Positions 37,801 through 47,847 are shown, counted from the stretch's first letter. The stretch: 64,000 bases of DNA from Minisyncoccota bacterium (GCA_036399335.1 DASWNF010000009.1:20625-84624), one strand, 5' to 3'. A program made the numbers and translations. Notes: generated by a model not told the origin, from the sequence alone.

Positions 37801-38596
37801 GCATCTCGCTCAAAATCAGGTTAGAGAATTTTTTGAGTACACAAAGAAACTCGTAGGGGACTACACCAAAATGAATTTTGAGTATACGGACAAGGCGTAC
37901 ACCAAGAAGGACCAAGATACAGTGATTGAGAGTAATCTTGCGCTCATCACCAAGTTTAAGGACGAAGTACGGGCCGTCATGAACAAGACCCTCTTTGAAT
38001 CAGATGGCTATGTCGCGGAAATTTGGAAAATCTTGGCTAAACAGTTTGACGTGGCTCCCGCAATGCTCGATAACCTGACACAAGAGGAGATACTTGCATT
38101 GTTTAGTGGCTCTAAGCCAGCTGCTGACGTGGCAGATAGGCGGCACGCGTTTGTATATAGTTACGCGAATCGTATGCCAATAGATGGGGAGGAGGCCGTG
38201 AGCATAGTCAAAGAATTTGAGGAGAACGTAGACGCTGCAATGGAGTTGCGTGGCCAGACGGCAAACAAGGGCAAGGTTAGGGGGAGGGTAAAAGTAATCG
38301 CGGTAGATTACAGCGATTTCGGGAAATTAAACAGAGAAATTGAGCGCATGAAGGAGGGTGAAGTCCTCGTCGCCGAGACGACCGCACCCGAGCTGTTGAT
38401 GGCCTGCAAAAAAGCGGGTGCCATCATTACAGATATGGGTGGCTTGATGTCGCATGCCGCTATCGTGAGCCGGGAGTTCGGCATCCCCTGCATTGTTGGA
38501 ACAAAAAATGCGAGCCAGGTGCTCAAAGACGGTGACTTAGTAGAAGTGGATGCCGATACGGGGGTGGTCACCAGGATTGAAACTAGCCGCAGTTAA
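34856..38596 (+). CDS. PEP synthase/dikinase-like protein: ATP-grasp domain plus two phospho-His swivel domains
   Basis: GGKGASLGEM, VAVRSSATAED, DIEW, QSRPITT; GGVTSHAAIVARE and GGLMSHAAIVSRE; no pyruvate-binding barrel. Confidence 0.88.
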   Translation: MELTRTFGGLSKNDAPIAGGKGASLGEMTQAGIPVPPGYVILSSAFERFLEEADLIQEVEAILGQVDHNEVHTIERASEEIQGLILNAKMPENIETDVMKLFRELDTEYVAVRSSATAEDGAEHAWAGQLDSYLNTTEEALLKNVQRCWASLFTPRAIFYRFEKGLHTTSISVAVVVQKMVDSEISGIAFSVHPITEDRNQLIIESGFGLGEAIVSGQVTPDSYVVEKQPRKLIDKNISAQTRGIYRAEEGGNEWRDIPEPKASSQVLSDEQILELSELVIRIETHYGFPCDIEWAYEKGSFYITQSRPITTLSSLTNENRRPLYRVNVARDICLATFEVWAESDTKYLNDWIGVTTERLVLERKEGVITAYEDEQIFKDVTERLTYLLKDPEWFNTAIEKYRAGIKRAEELKGVLRESPSKENLRRLFEQLARTQGGLAVVYFVPSVAGIPEEIKERALDERKNTEAFFYSSDEVLSEAIKTLYPDQAEYAQILSIEELTTNLPYVSELQKRLNHFIYYDKKFFYDQGLEVVENELGIQIERPTPTSNTYQKHQRDYTLLGTSVVFSGYCGKVTQDYFSFSPQPMFIYINNGILYHFTSEGDSAGRAKSWVHKYGSAKELDAHKKVHDTLLKDYRAFMAREGHSGRESLPILHKYFTNLLPLILVAIEVPEHEAAIDKEIIDACFKIRSENEDVYKVGFDFQKKLLNQLETEDGLAENVLSLTTVNEFDRYLSTGALPTDLVNRNAFALIEHGTGGIIVHKDESKLTELDRQATVTDTSELKGNTAYGGRATGRVRIIKLVKDMDQLQEGEVLVASMTDPRYVPAMKKAAAIVTDEGGVTSHAAIVARELKKPCIIGTKVATQVLRNGDDVDVDADSGVIRIVKRAPLFKKEDYVLSFWAQGVSIFVTDIHFDAYKHLGILFIIEDGKFKQYFLKEKYEEALDEGVKFYSQEHAVLEYKEALEAHCNNLAQFFETQIKGKEHLAQNQVREFFEYTKKLVGDYTKMNFEYTDKAYTKKDQDTVIESNLALITKFKDEVRAVMNKTLFESDGYVAEIWKILAKQFDVAPAMLDNLTQEEILALFSGSKPAADVADRRHAFVYSYANRMPIDGEEAVSIVKEFEENVDAAMELRGQTANKGKVRGRVKVIAVDYSDFGKLNREIERMKEGEVLVAETTAPELLMACKKAGAIITDMGGLMSHAAIVSREFGIPCIVGTKNASQVLKDGDLVEVDADTGVVTRIETSRS

Positions 38597-38795
38597 AAGA
38601 GGGTATGAGTAATAGAGCCTTAACCCGTCCGTAGCGGGCTCGACACAATCCATTTAGCTCTCGGAAGAGCTCCAGGAAACCGCCTAGATGCTATTCAAGC
38701 TGTCCCCAAAATAATTAAGGACCAGGTGCGAGCGCGCTATACTAAAGGAGTTATTAATTGTGCAGGGTTAATCCCGTAATTACGGAGTAAAAAAT

Positions 38796-41213
38796 ATGGA
38801 ACCTACAACTTCCGCATCGACGGCGCCTCACCCCAGGCGTACTTCGTTCGATGCGCTCGCCCTGTGGGCGCTTACGATAACCGCGTCGCTCGCGGCCGTC
38901 GTATTCATCCCCTCAGCTGGCATACCGTTTATCTATAGCAAGGTGTCGGTCTTGGCCCTCGGCGGCCTTGTCGCCCTTGCGTTCTATGTCCTGGCACGCC
39001 TTACACGCGGCAACATCATCGTGCCGCCTATGGCGCTCGTCGGGGCATTCTGGCTCGTACCGCTCGCGTACGCGCTCTCAAGCCTGTTCTCGGGAGTCGG
39101 CATCATGGCCGGACTCTTCGGTAACGCGCTTGAGACGGACACGCTCGGCTTCATGATCATCCTCGCATCCTTCGCGAGCCTGGTCGCGCTCACCTTCCGT
39201 CGTTCAAGCCAGTACCGGATCTTCTTCAAGGCAGCACTTATCGTGCTCGGGCTCGTGCTTGCCGCCCAAATAGTGTTCCTCATCATCGGCAATACGTCGG
39301 AGTCCTTGTCGGCAACGGCAAACCTCGTCGGTTCCTTCGCCGACCTCGGCATGCTGCTCGGCCTCGGCGTCGCGCTCATCTTGCTTGCGTTCCGTTTCCT
39401 CGAACTCGATGAGCGGATGGTGCGCGTGCTCTGGGCGATTGAAGGCCTTTCGCTCCTCATGCTCGCCTTGGTGAACTCACGTCTCGTCTGGGTCCTCGTG
39501 TCCCTCGTCGCACTCGGCCTCTTCATCGAAGCCATCATGCGTCGCCAGGGCACGAGCAACGACGACGACCTTGAAGGTGGAAGCCTCGTCTCGGACGACG
39601 TTCGTTCGCTTGATAACGCGCCCGCAACCGATCCGCACGGCCTTGCCGCGCCGCTCGTGACGCTCGTCGCCGCGCTCTTCTTCGTCATCGGCGGGAGCAC
39701 CATCGGTACGAGCCTCGCAAACACGCTGGGCGTCAGCTACCTCGATGTCCGTCCGTCTTGGCAGGCCACCTTCGATGTCGGGAGCCATACCTACGCGGCG
39801 TCACCGCTCTTTGGTTCGGGCCCTGGCTCGTTCGTAAGCGAGTGGCTTAAGTTCAAGGACCGCGCGCTTAACGAGACGGTCTTCTGGAACGTCGACTTCA
39901 CGTCAGGTATCGGCCTCATCCCGACATCGTTCATCACGACCGGTATTGCCGGAGCCCTCGCGTGGCTCGCCTTTATCGGTATCTTCCTCTACGTGGGTAT
40001 CAGGTTCCTCCTGTTCCGCGCCCCTGAGGAAGCGTTTGCGCGGTACGTATCGATAGCGACCTTCGTCGGTACCATCTACGTACTTGCGCTCGCCGTCTTC
40101 TCCGTGCCAGGGCCGGTCGTGCTCATCGCCGGCTTCTTCCTCGCCGGACTGTTCGCGTCCTCGCTCCGCTACGGCGGTACGCGGCGTGAACGGGGCATTA
40201 TCTTCTCGCGAAACCCGCGCGTCGGCTTCATTATCGTCTTCGTACTGACGCTGCTTTTGCTGGCGTCCGTCGTGACGGCCTATGTCGTCATTGAGCGGTA
40301 CCTCGCCGACGTCTCGTACCAGAAGGGAACGGCCATGCTCGCAGATGGCGACCTCGCCGGAGCCGATGCGGCCGCGCGCCGCTCACTCGTCTTCGCGGCA
40401 AGCGACCGGGCATACCAGCTCGCCGCAGCCGTAGGCATTGCGAACATGAACCGTATCGCCGCCGATACGACCTTGGCGCCTTCCGAAGCGCAGCAGCAAT
40501 TCCAGGCATCGCTTTCAAGCGCGATCCAGGCATCGCTCGCCGCTACGCAGCTCCGCCCGGACAACTACCAGAACTGGGTAGCGCTCGGCAATGTGTACCA
40601 GACCGTCGTACCGCTCCGCATCGAAGGCGCGTATGAGAACGCGAAAGCCGCATACGAGCGCGCCGTGGAACTGAACCCGACCAACCCGACCCTGCCGTTC
40701 GTCATGGCGCAGCTCGAGATTGCACGCGGGAACGGCCAGGCGGCAGAAGCCGAGCTTGTGAAGGCGATCGGGCTCAAGCGCGATTACACACAGGCCATCT
40801 TCCTCTTGTCACAGCTCGAGGTGCAGCTCGGTAAGGCCCGCGAGGCCCTCCAGGCTGCCGAGGCCGCGGCGTACTTCGCGCCGAACGACCCGGTTGTCCT
40901 CTTCCAGGTCGGTATCCTCCGCTCGGGTACGGGCGACGTCGATGGCTCGGTCCAGGCACTTTCGCGTGCCGTGGAACTCAATCCGCAGTACGCTAACGCC
41001 CGGTTCTTCCTCGCCGTCTCGTACGCAACCAAGGGAGCCTTCGACCAAGCGCTTGCGCAGCTGAATGCCGTTGCGGCACTCTCACCGGAGAACGCTGCAG
41101 CCGTCGACACCTACATCACGGCCCTCGCGCAAGGACGCAACCCGTTCCCGCGCCAGGCGCTTAGCATTCCGCCTCCCGTAACCGACACGCCACAGACAAG
41201 AACCGGACAGTAG
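38796..41213 (+). CDS. Multi-TM membrane protein (O-antigen ligase-like) with C-terminal TPR repeats
   Basis: Many TM helices, PLFGSGPGSF, TPR motifs (AYERAVELNP). Confidence 0.8.
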   Translation: MEPTTSASTAPHPRRTSFDALALWALTITASLAAVVFIPSAGIPFIYSKVSVLALGGLVALAFYVLARLTRGNIIVPPMALVGAFWLVPLAYALSSLFSGVGIMAGLFGNALETDTLGFMIILASFASLVALTFRRSSQYRIFFKAALIVLGLVLAAQIVFLIIGNTSESLSATANLVGSFADLGMLLGLGVALILLAFRFLELDERMVRVLWAIEGLSLLMLALVNSRLVWVLVSLVALGLFIEAIMRRQGTSNDDDLEGGSLVSDDVRSLDNAPATDPHGLAAPLVTLVAALFFVIGGSTIGTSLANTLGVSYLDVRPSWQATFDVGSHTYAASPLFGSGPGSFVSEWLKFKDRALNETVFWNVDFTSGIGLIPTSFITTGIAGALAWLAFIGIFLYVGIRFLLFRAPEEAFARYVSIATFVGTIYVLALAVFSVPGPVVLIAGFFLAGLFASSLRYGGTRRERGIIFSRNPRVGFIIVFVLTLLLLASVVTAYVVIERYLADVSYQKGTAMLADGDLAGADAAARRSLVFAASDRAYQLAAAVGIANMNRIAADTTLAPSEAQQQFQASLSSAIQASLAATQLRPDNYQNWVALGNVYQTVVPLRIEGAYENAKAAYERAVELNPTNPTLPFVMAQLEIARGNGQAAEAELVKAIGLKRDYTQAIFLLSQLEVQLGKAREALQAAEAAAYFAPNDPVVLFQVGILRSGTGDVDGSVQALSRAVELNPQYANARFFLAVSYATKGAFDQALAQLNAVAALSPENAAAVDTYITALAQGRNPFPRQALSIPPPVTDTPQTRTGQ

Positions 41214-41216
41214 TTC

Positions 41217-42926
41217 ATGGTGCGACAGATACTGTCTCGCATATCAGCACCGGTAAGCGGCCTTCATCAGGCCGCTTACCTGCTTGCTGGGCTTACCCTC
41301 GCGTCCCAAGTGCTTGCGCTCTTGCGCGACCGCATGTTCGCGCACCTCTTCGGCGCAGGGGAAGTACTCGACCTCTACTACGCGGCATTCCGTATCCCGG
41401 ACCTGGTGTACGCGCTCGTCGTGTCGCTTGTCTCGGCGTACGTGCTCATCCCGCGCATTGCCGGGCTCCTGGACGGTCCTGACGGAGATGCAGGGGAGGG
41501 CAGGGCGAGGGCGCGCGAGCTCATCTCGCACACGGCGTCCTTCCTCTTCCTTGGTGCCGGAGCCATCGCGCTCGTTGCGGCGGTGCTTGCGCCCCAGCTT
41601 CTCGCAATCTTGTTCCCGGCCCTTACGGAATCGGTACACGCAGACCAATTCATCGGCCTTGTCCGGCTCCTTCTGCTCCAGCCTATCCTGCTCGGGCTTT
41701 CGAGCGTGCTTTCAAGCGTGACACAGCTGAAGCGCCGCTTCTTCCTGTTCGCCTTGTCGCCCGTGCTCTACAACCTCGGCATCATCCTCGGCACCGCGCT
41801 CCTCTACCCGCACTATGGGCTTATGGGCATCGGCCTTGGCGTGCTCATCGGTGCCATCGCGCACGTCGCGATACATATTCCGGTCGTCCGAAATGCCGGG
41901 CTTATGCCGCGTCCGGTGCTGCCTGACTTCAGGCTCTTGTGGAGCGTGGCGAAGGACTCGGCACCGCGCTCGCTCGCGCTTACGCTCGGTTCCTTCTCAA
42001 CCCTACTTCTCGTCGCCCTTGCGTCCCGGACGGGGGAGGGCGGCGTCTCGGTCTTCATGCTTGCCGCAAACCTTGAAGCCGTGCCCCTCTCGCTCATCGG
42101 TGCCGCATACGCTACGGCGGCATTCCCGGTCCTTGCCGAACAGGTGGGTGGAAAGCGCCTTGAGGAGTTCAAGGCGACCCTCGTCACGGCATTCAGGCAC
42201 ATCATCTTCTGGTCTTCGGTGATCACCGTTCTTGCCATCGTGCTCCGTGCGCATATCGTGCGCGTCTTGTACGGTTCGGGCGCCTTTGACTGGGACGACA
42301 CCCGTCTCACTGCGGCCATCTTCGCCGTGCTCGTCATCGGCCTCTTGGCCCAAGGCATCGTTCTGCTCGCCTCGCGCGCCTTCTACGCTTCAGGGCGCTC
42401 CTGGAACCCGCTGGCCGTGCAGTTCGTCGGTCTCGTGCTTTCGGTCGTAAGCGCCTATGCCATGCTCTCCGTAGCCTATGAGTACCCGCCTATCCGGTAC
42501 TTCTTCGAAGCCCTGCTCCGTGTACCCGAAGTCCAAGGGGCGCCCATCGTCTTTATCGCTATCGGCGCGACCTTGGGGCAGCTCGCTATGGCCGCCATCG
42601 CGCTCGGCTCGCTTCGTGCGGTTGCGCCCGGGATGGCATCATCGCTTGCGCGGCCGTTGTTCGAGGGACTGGGCGCGGCTATCGTCGGCGGGGCGGCCGC
42701 GTATGTGGCACTTGCCTTCATGGGAGCGCTCGCACCGCTCACGTCGCTCGCCGTAGTGGTTGCGGAAGGCGCCGTGGCTGGTATCGTGGGCTTAACCGTT
42801 TCCGGCACGATACTCGCCTACCTTGAGAACCAGGAATACCACGGCCTGGTCGCCTCACTTCGGCGGCTTACCTCAGCCGAGGCACTCGAGCCCTACGGAT
42901 CAATGAATGACCGATCAAATACGTAA
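41217..42926 (+). CDS. murJ: Lipid II flippase MurJ
   Basis: SQVLALLRD..A..FGAG..LD.YYAAFRIPD, SPVLYNLGII. Confidence 0.9.
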   Translation: MVRQILSRISAPVSGLHQAAYLLAGLTLASQVLALLRDRMFAHLFGAGEVLDLYYAAFRIPDLVYALVVSLVSAYVLIPRIAGLLDGPDGDAGEGRARARELISHTASFLFLGAGAIALVAAVLAPQLLAILFPALTESVHADQFIGLVRLLLLQPILLGLSSVLSSVTQLKRRFFLFALSPVLYNLGIILGTALLYPHYGLMGIGLGVLIGAIAHVAIHIPVVRNAGLMPRPVLPDFRLLWSVAKDSAPRSLALTLGSFSTLLLVALASRTGEGGVSVFMLAANLEAVPLSLIGAAYATAAFPVLAEQVGGKRLEEFKATLVTAFRHIIFWSSVITVLAIVLRAHIVRVLYGSGAFDWDDTRLTAAIFAVLVIGLLAQGIVLLASRAFYASGRSWNPLAVQFVGLVLSVVSAYAMLSVAYEYPPIRYFFEALLRVPEVQGAPIVFIAIGATLGQLAMAAIALGSLRAVAPGMASSLARPLFEGLGAAIVGGAAAYVALAFMGALAPLTSLAVVVAEGAVAGIVGLTVSGTILAYLENQEYHGLVASLRRLTSAEALEPYGSMNDRSNT

Positions 42927-44706
42927 CTTCAGCATTATTGCCCACATCGATCACGGGAAGTCGACCCTCGCGGACCGGCTTCTTGAGCGTACCGGGACCA
43001 TCGAGGCGCGTAAGATGCGCGACCAGGTCCTCGACTCGATGGATCTCGAACGCGAGCGCGGCATCACCATTAAGATGCAGCCGGCCCGCATGGCGTACCG
43101 CGCAAACGACGGGAAGCAATACGTCATGAACCTGATTGATACGCCGGGGCATATCGACTTCGCGTACGAGGTGTCCCGGGCACTTTCGGCAGTCGAAGGC
43201 GTGGTACTCCTTGTCGACTGTACCCAGGGCGTGCAGGCGCAGACGCTCACGACGCTCGGCATGGCCCGTAAGGCCGGGTGCGTCATCATCCCCGTCCTCT
43301 CAAAGGTGGACTCGCCGTATGCGCGCGTCGACGACGTGCGCTTCGAGCTCGCCGAGCTCCTCTCCGTCCCTGAGGACACGGTGCTTGCCGTCTCAGGGCG
43401 GACTGGCGAGGGGGTCGAGGTGCTTCTCGAGAAGATTGTAGAGCTCGTACCGCCGCCGCGCGTAAGCGAAGGCATTGCGGCGCGTGCGCTTATCTTCGAC
43501 TTCTCGTACTCGACGCATCGCGGCGTCGCCGTCTACGCCCGCATCTTCGACGGGTCCTTGAAGAAGGGTGACGCGCTTGAATTCAAGGCCGCGGGGAAGC
43601 GCTTTACCGCGCTTGAGACCGGCATCTTCGCCCCGGGCGAGACGCCGACGCCCCGCCTCGAGACTGGGGAAATCGGTTATATCGTCACGGGTATCAAGGA
43701 GCCGGGTGTCGTTGCCGTCGGTGACACGATTGCCGCCGAACGCACGGGCGCAGAAGCGGCGCTCGCAGGCTTCGAGCGCCCGCGTCCTGTCGTGTGGGCA
43801 TCCATATACCCTAAGAACCAGGACAACCTGCCTGATTTGCGCCAGGCGCTTGAGCGCCTCCGGCTTACCGACTCCTCGCTCTCCTTCGAGGAGGAATCGT
43901 CAGGCGTGCTCGGCCGCGGTTTCCGCTGCGGCTTCCTCGGCATGCTCCACCTTGAGATCATCACCGAGCGGCTCCGCCGCGAGCACGACCTCGACCTTAT
44001 CGTCACCATCCCGACGATTGCGTATACGGTTGTCGATAAGCAAGGGAAGCGCGAAATCGTGTACACACCGTCCAAGTTCCCGGCTTTCGGGGATATCGGC
44101 GCCATCGAAGAGCCGTGGGTGAAGGTCATCCTCATCACGCCTCCCGAAACGCTCTCCGGCATGATCCAGCTCTTCCAAGACCATGAGGGCGCCATCATGA
44201 CGACGGAGACGTATCTCGACGGGCGCATAGAGCTCGTCGCCGAAATGCCGCTCCGCGAGCTCATGCGCGGCTTCTTCGACCGGGTTAAGAACGTATCCTC
44301 GGGGTACGCGTCGCTCTCGTACGAGTTCCTCGACGAGCGGCCCGCAGACGTGGTGAAGCTTGAGATTTTCGTGGCTGAAGAGTCCGTACCCGCCTTTGCA
44401 CGCGTCGTCTCGCGCCGCCGGGTCGTTGAAGAAGGGGAGCGTATGGTGGAAAAGCTCCACGGTATCCTGCCGCGCCAACAGTTCGTGACGAAGATCCAGG
44501 CGCACGCACTTGGACGCATCCTCGCGTCCAAGTCCCTGTCGGCGTTCCGCAAGGACGTGACCGGATACCTCTACGGCGGCGACATCACGCGCAAGATGAA
44601 GCTCCTTGAGAAGCAGAAGAAGGGGAAGAAGCGCCGCGGTGAGCACGCCAAGATGGACATCCCGCAAGAGGTGTTCATGAAGATGGTTCAGGATTCGGAA
44701 CGGTAA
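42907..44706 (+). CDS. lepA: Elongation factor 4
   Basis: IRNFSIIAHIDHGKSTLAD, GFRCGFLGMLH, YGGDITRKMKLLEKQKKGKKR. Confidence 0.98.
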   Translation: MTDQIRNFSIIAHIDHGKSTLADRLLERTGTIEARKMRDQVLDSMDLERERGITIKMQPARMAYRANDGKQYVMNLIDTPGHIDFAYEVSRALSAVEGVVLLVDCTQGVQAQTLTTLGMARKAGCVIIPVLSKVDSPYARVDDVRFELAELLSVPEDTVLAVSGRTGEGVEVLLEKIVELVPPPRVSEGIAARALIFDFSYSTHRGVAVYARIFDGSLKKGDALEFKAAGKRFTALETGIFAPGETPTPRLETGEIGYIVTGIKEPGVVAVGDTIAAERTGAEAALAGFERPRPVVWASIYPKNQDNLPDLRQALERLRLTDSSLSFEEESSGVLGRGFRCGFLGMLHLEIITERLRREHDLDLIVTIPTIAYTVVDKQGKREIVYTPSKFPAFGDIGAIEEPWVKVILITPPETLSGMIQLFQDHEGAIMTTETYLDGRIELVAEMPLRELMRGFFDRVKNVSSGYASLSYEFLDERPADVVKLEIFVAEESVPAFARVVSRRRVVEEGERMVEKLHGILPRQQFVTKIQAHALGRILASKSLSAFRKDVTGYLYGGDITRKMKLLEKQKKGKKRRGEHAKMDIPQEVFMKMVQDSER

Positions 44707-44738
44707 GGCTGGGCATACCGGCTGATATACTGGGCAGG

Positions 44739-45095
44739 ATGATACGCCGACCAAGCCGGAACCGCATGCGCGAGTACGCCATCGCCGCTATCCTGGCGCT
44801 CATTATCATTTGGCTCCTCTCGCTCATATTCGGCATTGCCCGCAAAGAGGAGATAGCCCGGAGCGCCGTCGGAGAGACTCGCGCCGAACTTGAGCTCTTG
44901 CGAGAGCGAGAGACAATCCTTGAAGCTAACTTGGCCGAACTGGCCACTGACCGTGGCCAGGAGGCGACGCTGCGCCAGGCATTCGGCGTTGCGAAACCCG
45001 GTGAGGAAGTTATTATCGTCGTACCCGAAAAGCAGATGGTGCCGCCGCCCACGCTCCCGTGGTGGCGGAAGGCGCTCAACCTTATCGGGCTCTAA
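44739..45095 (+). CDS. Septum formation initiator (FtsB/DivIC-like)
   Basis: TM, coiled coil, E..LR..FGVAKPGEEVI. Confidence 0.8.
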   Translation: MIRRPSRNRMREYAIAAILALIIIWLLSLIFGIARKEEIARSAVGETRAELELLRERETILEANLAELATDRGQEATLRQAFGVAKPGEEVIIVVPEKQMVPPPTLPWWRKALNLIGL

Positions 45096-45106
45096 ATAGC
45101 GCCATT

Positions 45107-45180
45107 GCGGAATTAGTTTAGTGGCAGAATGAGTGCTTCCCAAGCACTAGGCACGAGTTCGATTCTCGTATTCCGCACCA
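45107..45180 (+). tRNA. tRNA-Gly(CCC)
   Basis: GCGGAAT/ATTCCGC acceptor, AGTGC-TTCCCAA-GCACT, encoded CCA. Confidence 0.95.
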
Positions 45181-45283
45181 TTGCAGGATAGTTGCCGGGA
45201 CGTCGTTCCTGGTAGGGAAATTGCAGTTAAGCCCAAGTATTGGGCACGTTATCCACAGACCCCGTATGCTATAATCGACTCCT

Positions 45284-45526
45284 ATGGATAAACAAGTCAC
45301 TATCTACAGCACGCCAACGTGCCACTTTTGTCAGCTTGCGAAGGAGTACTTTGCGGAAAATAATGTTTCTTATACCGAGCACAATGTTGCTGCGGATATG
45401 GAAAAGCGCCAGGAGATGATCGATAGGAGCGGCCAGATGGGCGTTCCCGTCATTTTCATCGGTGAGGAGATGATTGTCGGCTTCGATAAGGAGCGAATTG
45501 CCGCAGCCGTCGGTGCCGGCGCGTAA
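45284..45526 (+). CDS. Glutaredoxin / NrdH-like redoxin
   Basis: YSTPTCHFC, GQMGVPV, IVGFD. Confidence 0.92.
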   Translation: MDKQVTIYSTPTCHFCQLAKEYFAENNVSYTEHNVAADMEKRQEMIDRSGQMGVPVIFIGEEMIVGFDKERIAAAVGAGA

Positions 45527-45589
45527 GTACGAGCGGTAACACAAAAGCGCCCTCCTGCGGAGGGCGCTTTTGTGTTAGTCTCGTCACAA

Positions 45590-45661
45590 GCCCCTGTAGT
45601 TCAATGGATAGAACATCTCACTCCTAACGAGATAATGTAGGTTCGATTCCTGCCGGGGGCA
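45590..45661 (+). tRNA. tRNA-Arg(CCT)
   Basis: GCCCCTG/CGGGGGC acceptor, loop CTCCTAA, GTTCGATT; A-C mismatch at base of anticodon loop. Confidence 0.9.
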
Positions 45662-45716
45662 TGAAAGAAAGCCGCCTCCCGTACGGCTCAGGTAAGGTAC
45701 TTGCTATACTATCCCC

Positions 45717-46454
45717 ATGAACCAAAAACAGCGCACCACTGCCGCCCTCATCGCACTCTTCCTTGTCGCCGGAGGAGCCTATGCCTTCCTCGAGTGGCAG
45801 GCGAACCCGTCCTCCGTCCAGGTGGCTGACGGCACCGCTACGACGACTCCGGGCGCCCCAGCGACGACTACGGAAGAGAAGCCGGCAGAGCCGGAACCCG
45901 TACCGGCGACGTCTTCTACGCACGCATACGGTACGGTGACCCTCCGCTTGAACGAGACCGCATCGTTCCCTGACGGGCTTTCGATGCGCGTCGCCGCCGT
46001 AACCGAGGACAGCCGTTGTCCGCAGGACGTGCACTGCATCCAAGCCGGTACTGTTCGCATCTCGCTTCGCACCCGTTCTGCCATGGGAGCAAGCACCAGC
46101 GACCTCGCGCTCGGCGCAAGCGTCACGACCGAGGCTGAGCGCATTACCTTCCTGCGCGTGGCTCCCGGCAAGAACTCCACCCAACCTATTACCGATGCCG
46201 ACTACCGCTTTACCTTCGAGGTGGCCAAGAAGGACGCACCGCCTGCCCCTGTCGCAGGACCCTGCTTCGTCGGCGGCTGTTCCGCGCAGCTTTGCAGTGA
46301 CACTCCGTCTATGGCGTCTACCTGCGAATACCGCTCAGAATATGCCTGCTATAGAAATGCGACCTGCGAGCGCCAAGCCAGCGGCCAGTGCGGTTGGACG
46401 GAGACTTCAGAGCTTCGTGCGTGTCTCAGGAATCCTCCGGAGGACGAGGAATAG
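45717..46454 (+). CDS. Membrane-anchored protein with C-terminal eight-cysteine domain
   Basis: N-terminal TM, EDSRCPQDVHCIQAG, CFVGGCSAQLC...TCEY...ACY...TCERQ..GQCGW...AC. Confidence 0.8.
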   Translation: MNQKQRTTAALIALFLVAGGAYAFLEWQANPSSVQVADGTATTTPGAPATTTEEKPAEPEPVPATSSTHAYGTVTLRLNETASFPDGLSMRVAAVTEDSRCPQDVHCIQAGTVRISLRTRSAMGASTSDLALGASVTTEAERITFLRVAPGKNSTQPITDADYRFTFEVAKKDAPPAPVAGPCFVGGCSAQLCSDTPSMASTCEYRSEYACYRNATCERQASGQCGWTETSELRACLRNPPEDEE

Positions 46455-46719
46455 GAAGGCATATAAAGGGGCCGGGGAGGCGTACGGGCTTCGTACTCCT
46501 CCCCGGCCAACTATGCCTTTTTCATACGTACCTATCTCACCTTAATGGGTAATGCCTCGTCGATAATGAATCGCACTTCAGCATTCCTGTCGTATCAAGA
46601 AATTAAAATCGTATCAGAGAACTAAAAGTGTGCGTACTACGAGGTAATCGAGGCCGCAACGCGTGCCTTCGAATGACCTCAAGCGAACTATAGCTGGCAG
46701 GCCGTGAACGAAAGATGAA

Positions 46720-47847
46720 TTACGAGAGGTTCAAATCGACCTCTTCCACTTCGTCGCGCGCCCCCTCCGCCCGGATTTGGTCACTTATGATCTTGGGGAA
46801 GGTAACCGATATCGTTGTACCGCGGTTGAGGACGCTTCGGACGAATATTTTGCCGTGATGCGCCCGGACGATCTCATTGACGATTGCGAGCCCGAGACCC
46901 GAAGTACCGCCGTTTACGCCGCGTGCGCGCGAAGTGTCCGCCCGGTAGAACGGCTGGAATATATAGGACAGGTCTTCCTTGGCAATGCCGATGCCCGTGT
47001 CTGAAACCGAGACCGTTACCTTGTCACCTTCGCTGCGTACCAAAACCCTCACTTCACCGCCCGAATGTTGGGGCGTATAGTTTAGGGCGTTTTTAACAAG
47101 GTTCGTCAGTACTTGCTCGATGCCTGTCGAGTTGCCGAGGATGAGGTGCTCGTCGCGCGAATCAACTGAGAGCGCGATGCCGCGGGACTCGGCAAGAGGC
47201 CGGTGGCGCTCCGTAACGGCTTCGGCAACGATGCCGAGGTCGAGCTCGATGAGGGAAACCTTGCTCGGACGGATCATCGTCTCGAAAGACAGGAGGTTAT
47301 TAATCGTTTCCGAAATACGGTCCAGTTCCGTGCTCGTCGTCTCGAGGACGTCGCGTACGTCAGCGTTAATCTTGGGGTCCATGAGCGCTACTTCCGTGTT
47401 GGTCTTGATGATGGCAAGGGGCGTACGGAGTTCGTGTGCCATGTTACCGATAAAGCGTTTCTGGAACTGGAGTGAGTCCCGGGTAGGCCGGAGCGCGAAG
47501 CGCGCCATAAGGTAGCCAAAGAAGACGGTAAGCAGTACGAGGCCTGTAAGCGCGAACCTAAGGGTCTCGAGCCGCACGGCGCGAAGGGACTCCCCAAGCG
47601 GGGTTACGGCTCCCGTACTCCCCGTAAGGAGGGCATCGACATACGTGCCGACTGCGGTAATCGTACTTTCTTGCTGGAACCTAAGGGCAACGCCGAATAC
47701 GAGGACGAGGATAATCGTCAGGAGTACCTGGAGCAGGATTATGTTGACCGTGCTCCGTACGTACGGGTTATGCCGGTACCTATCCGTTAAGTCGGTAGCC
47801 GATACCGCGGATAGTTTCGAAGAGAGGATCGGAATCTTCATAGTCAT
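46720..47847 (-). CDS. Sensor histidine kinase
   Basis: AHELRTPL, NLVKNA, DTGIGI, FYR, GLGLAIV; start uncertain (overlaps regulator). Confidence 0.93.
   Translation of the reverse strand: MTMKIPILSSKLSAVSATDLTDRYRHNPYVRSTVNIILLQVLLTIILVLVFGVALRFQQESTITAVGTYVDALLTGSTGAVTPLGESLRAVRLETLRFALTGLVLLTVFFGYLMARFALRPTRDSLQFQKRFIGNMAHELRTPLAIIKTNTEVALMDPKINADVRDVLETTSTELDRISETINNLLSFETMIRPSKVSLIELDLGIVAEAVTERHRPLAESRGIALSVDSRDEHLILGNSTGIEQVLTNLVKNALNYTPQHSGGEVRVLVRSEGDKVTVSVSDTGIGIAKEDLSYIFQPFYRADTSRARGVNGGTSGLGLAIVNEIVRAHHGKIFVRSVLNRGTTISVTFPKIISDQIRAEGARDEVEEVDLNLS

Noticed and set aside
38630-38712. Possible closing cassette repeats after the PEP-utiliser gene (GGGCTCGACACAATCC; TTCAAGCTGTCCCCA)
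   Set aside because: Similarity to the consensus is too weak to distinguish from chance without a PWM
46590-46627. Tandem 19-bp imperfect duplication TCGTATCA...TAAAA
   Set aside because: Two copies only, in a convergent intergenic region, with no supporting context
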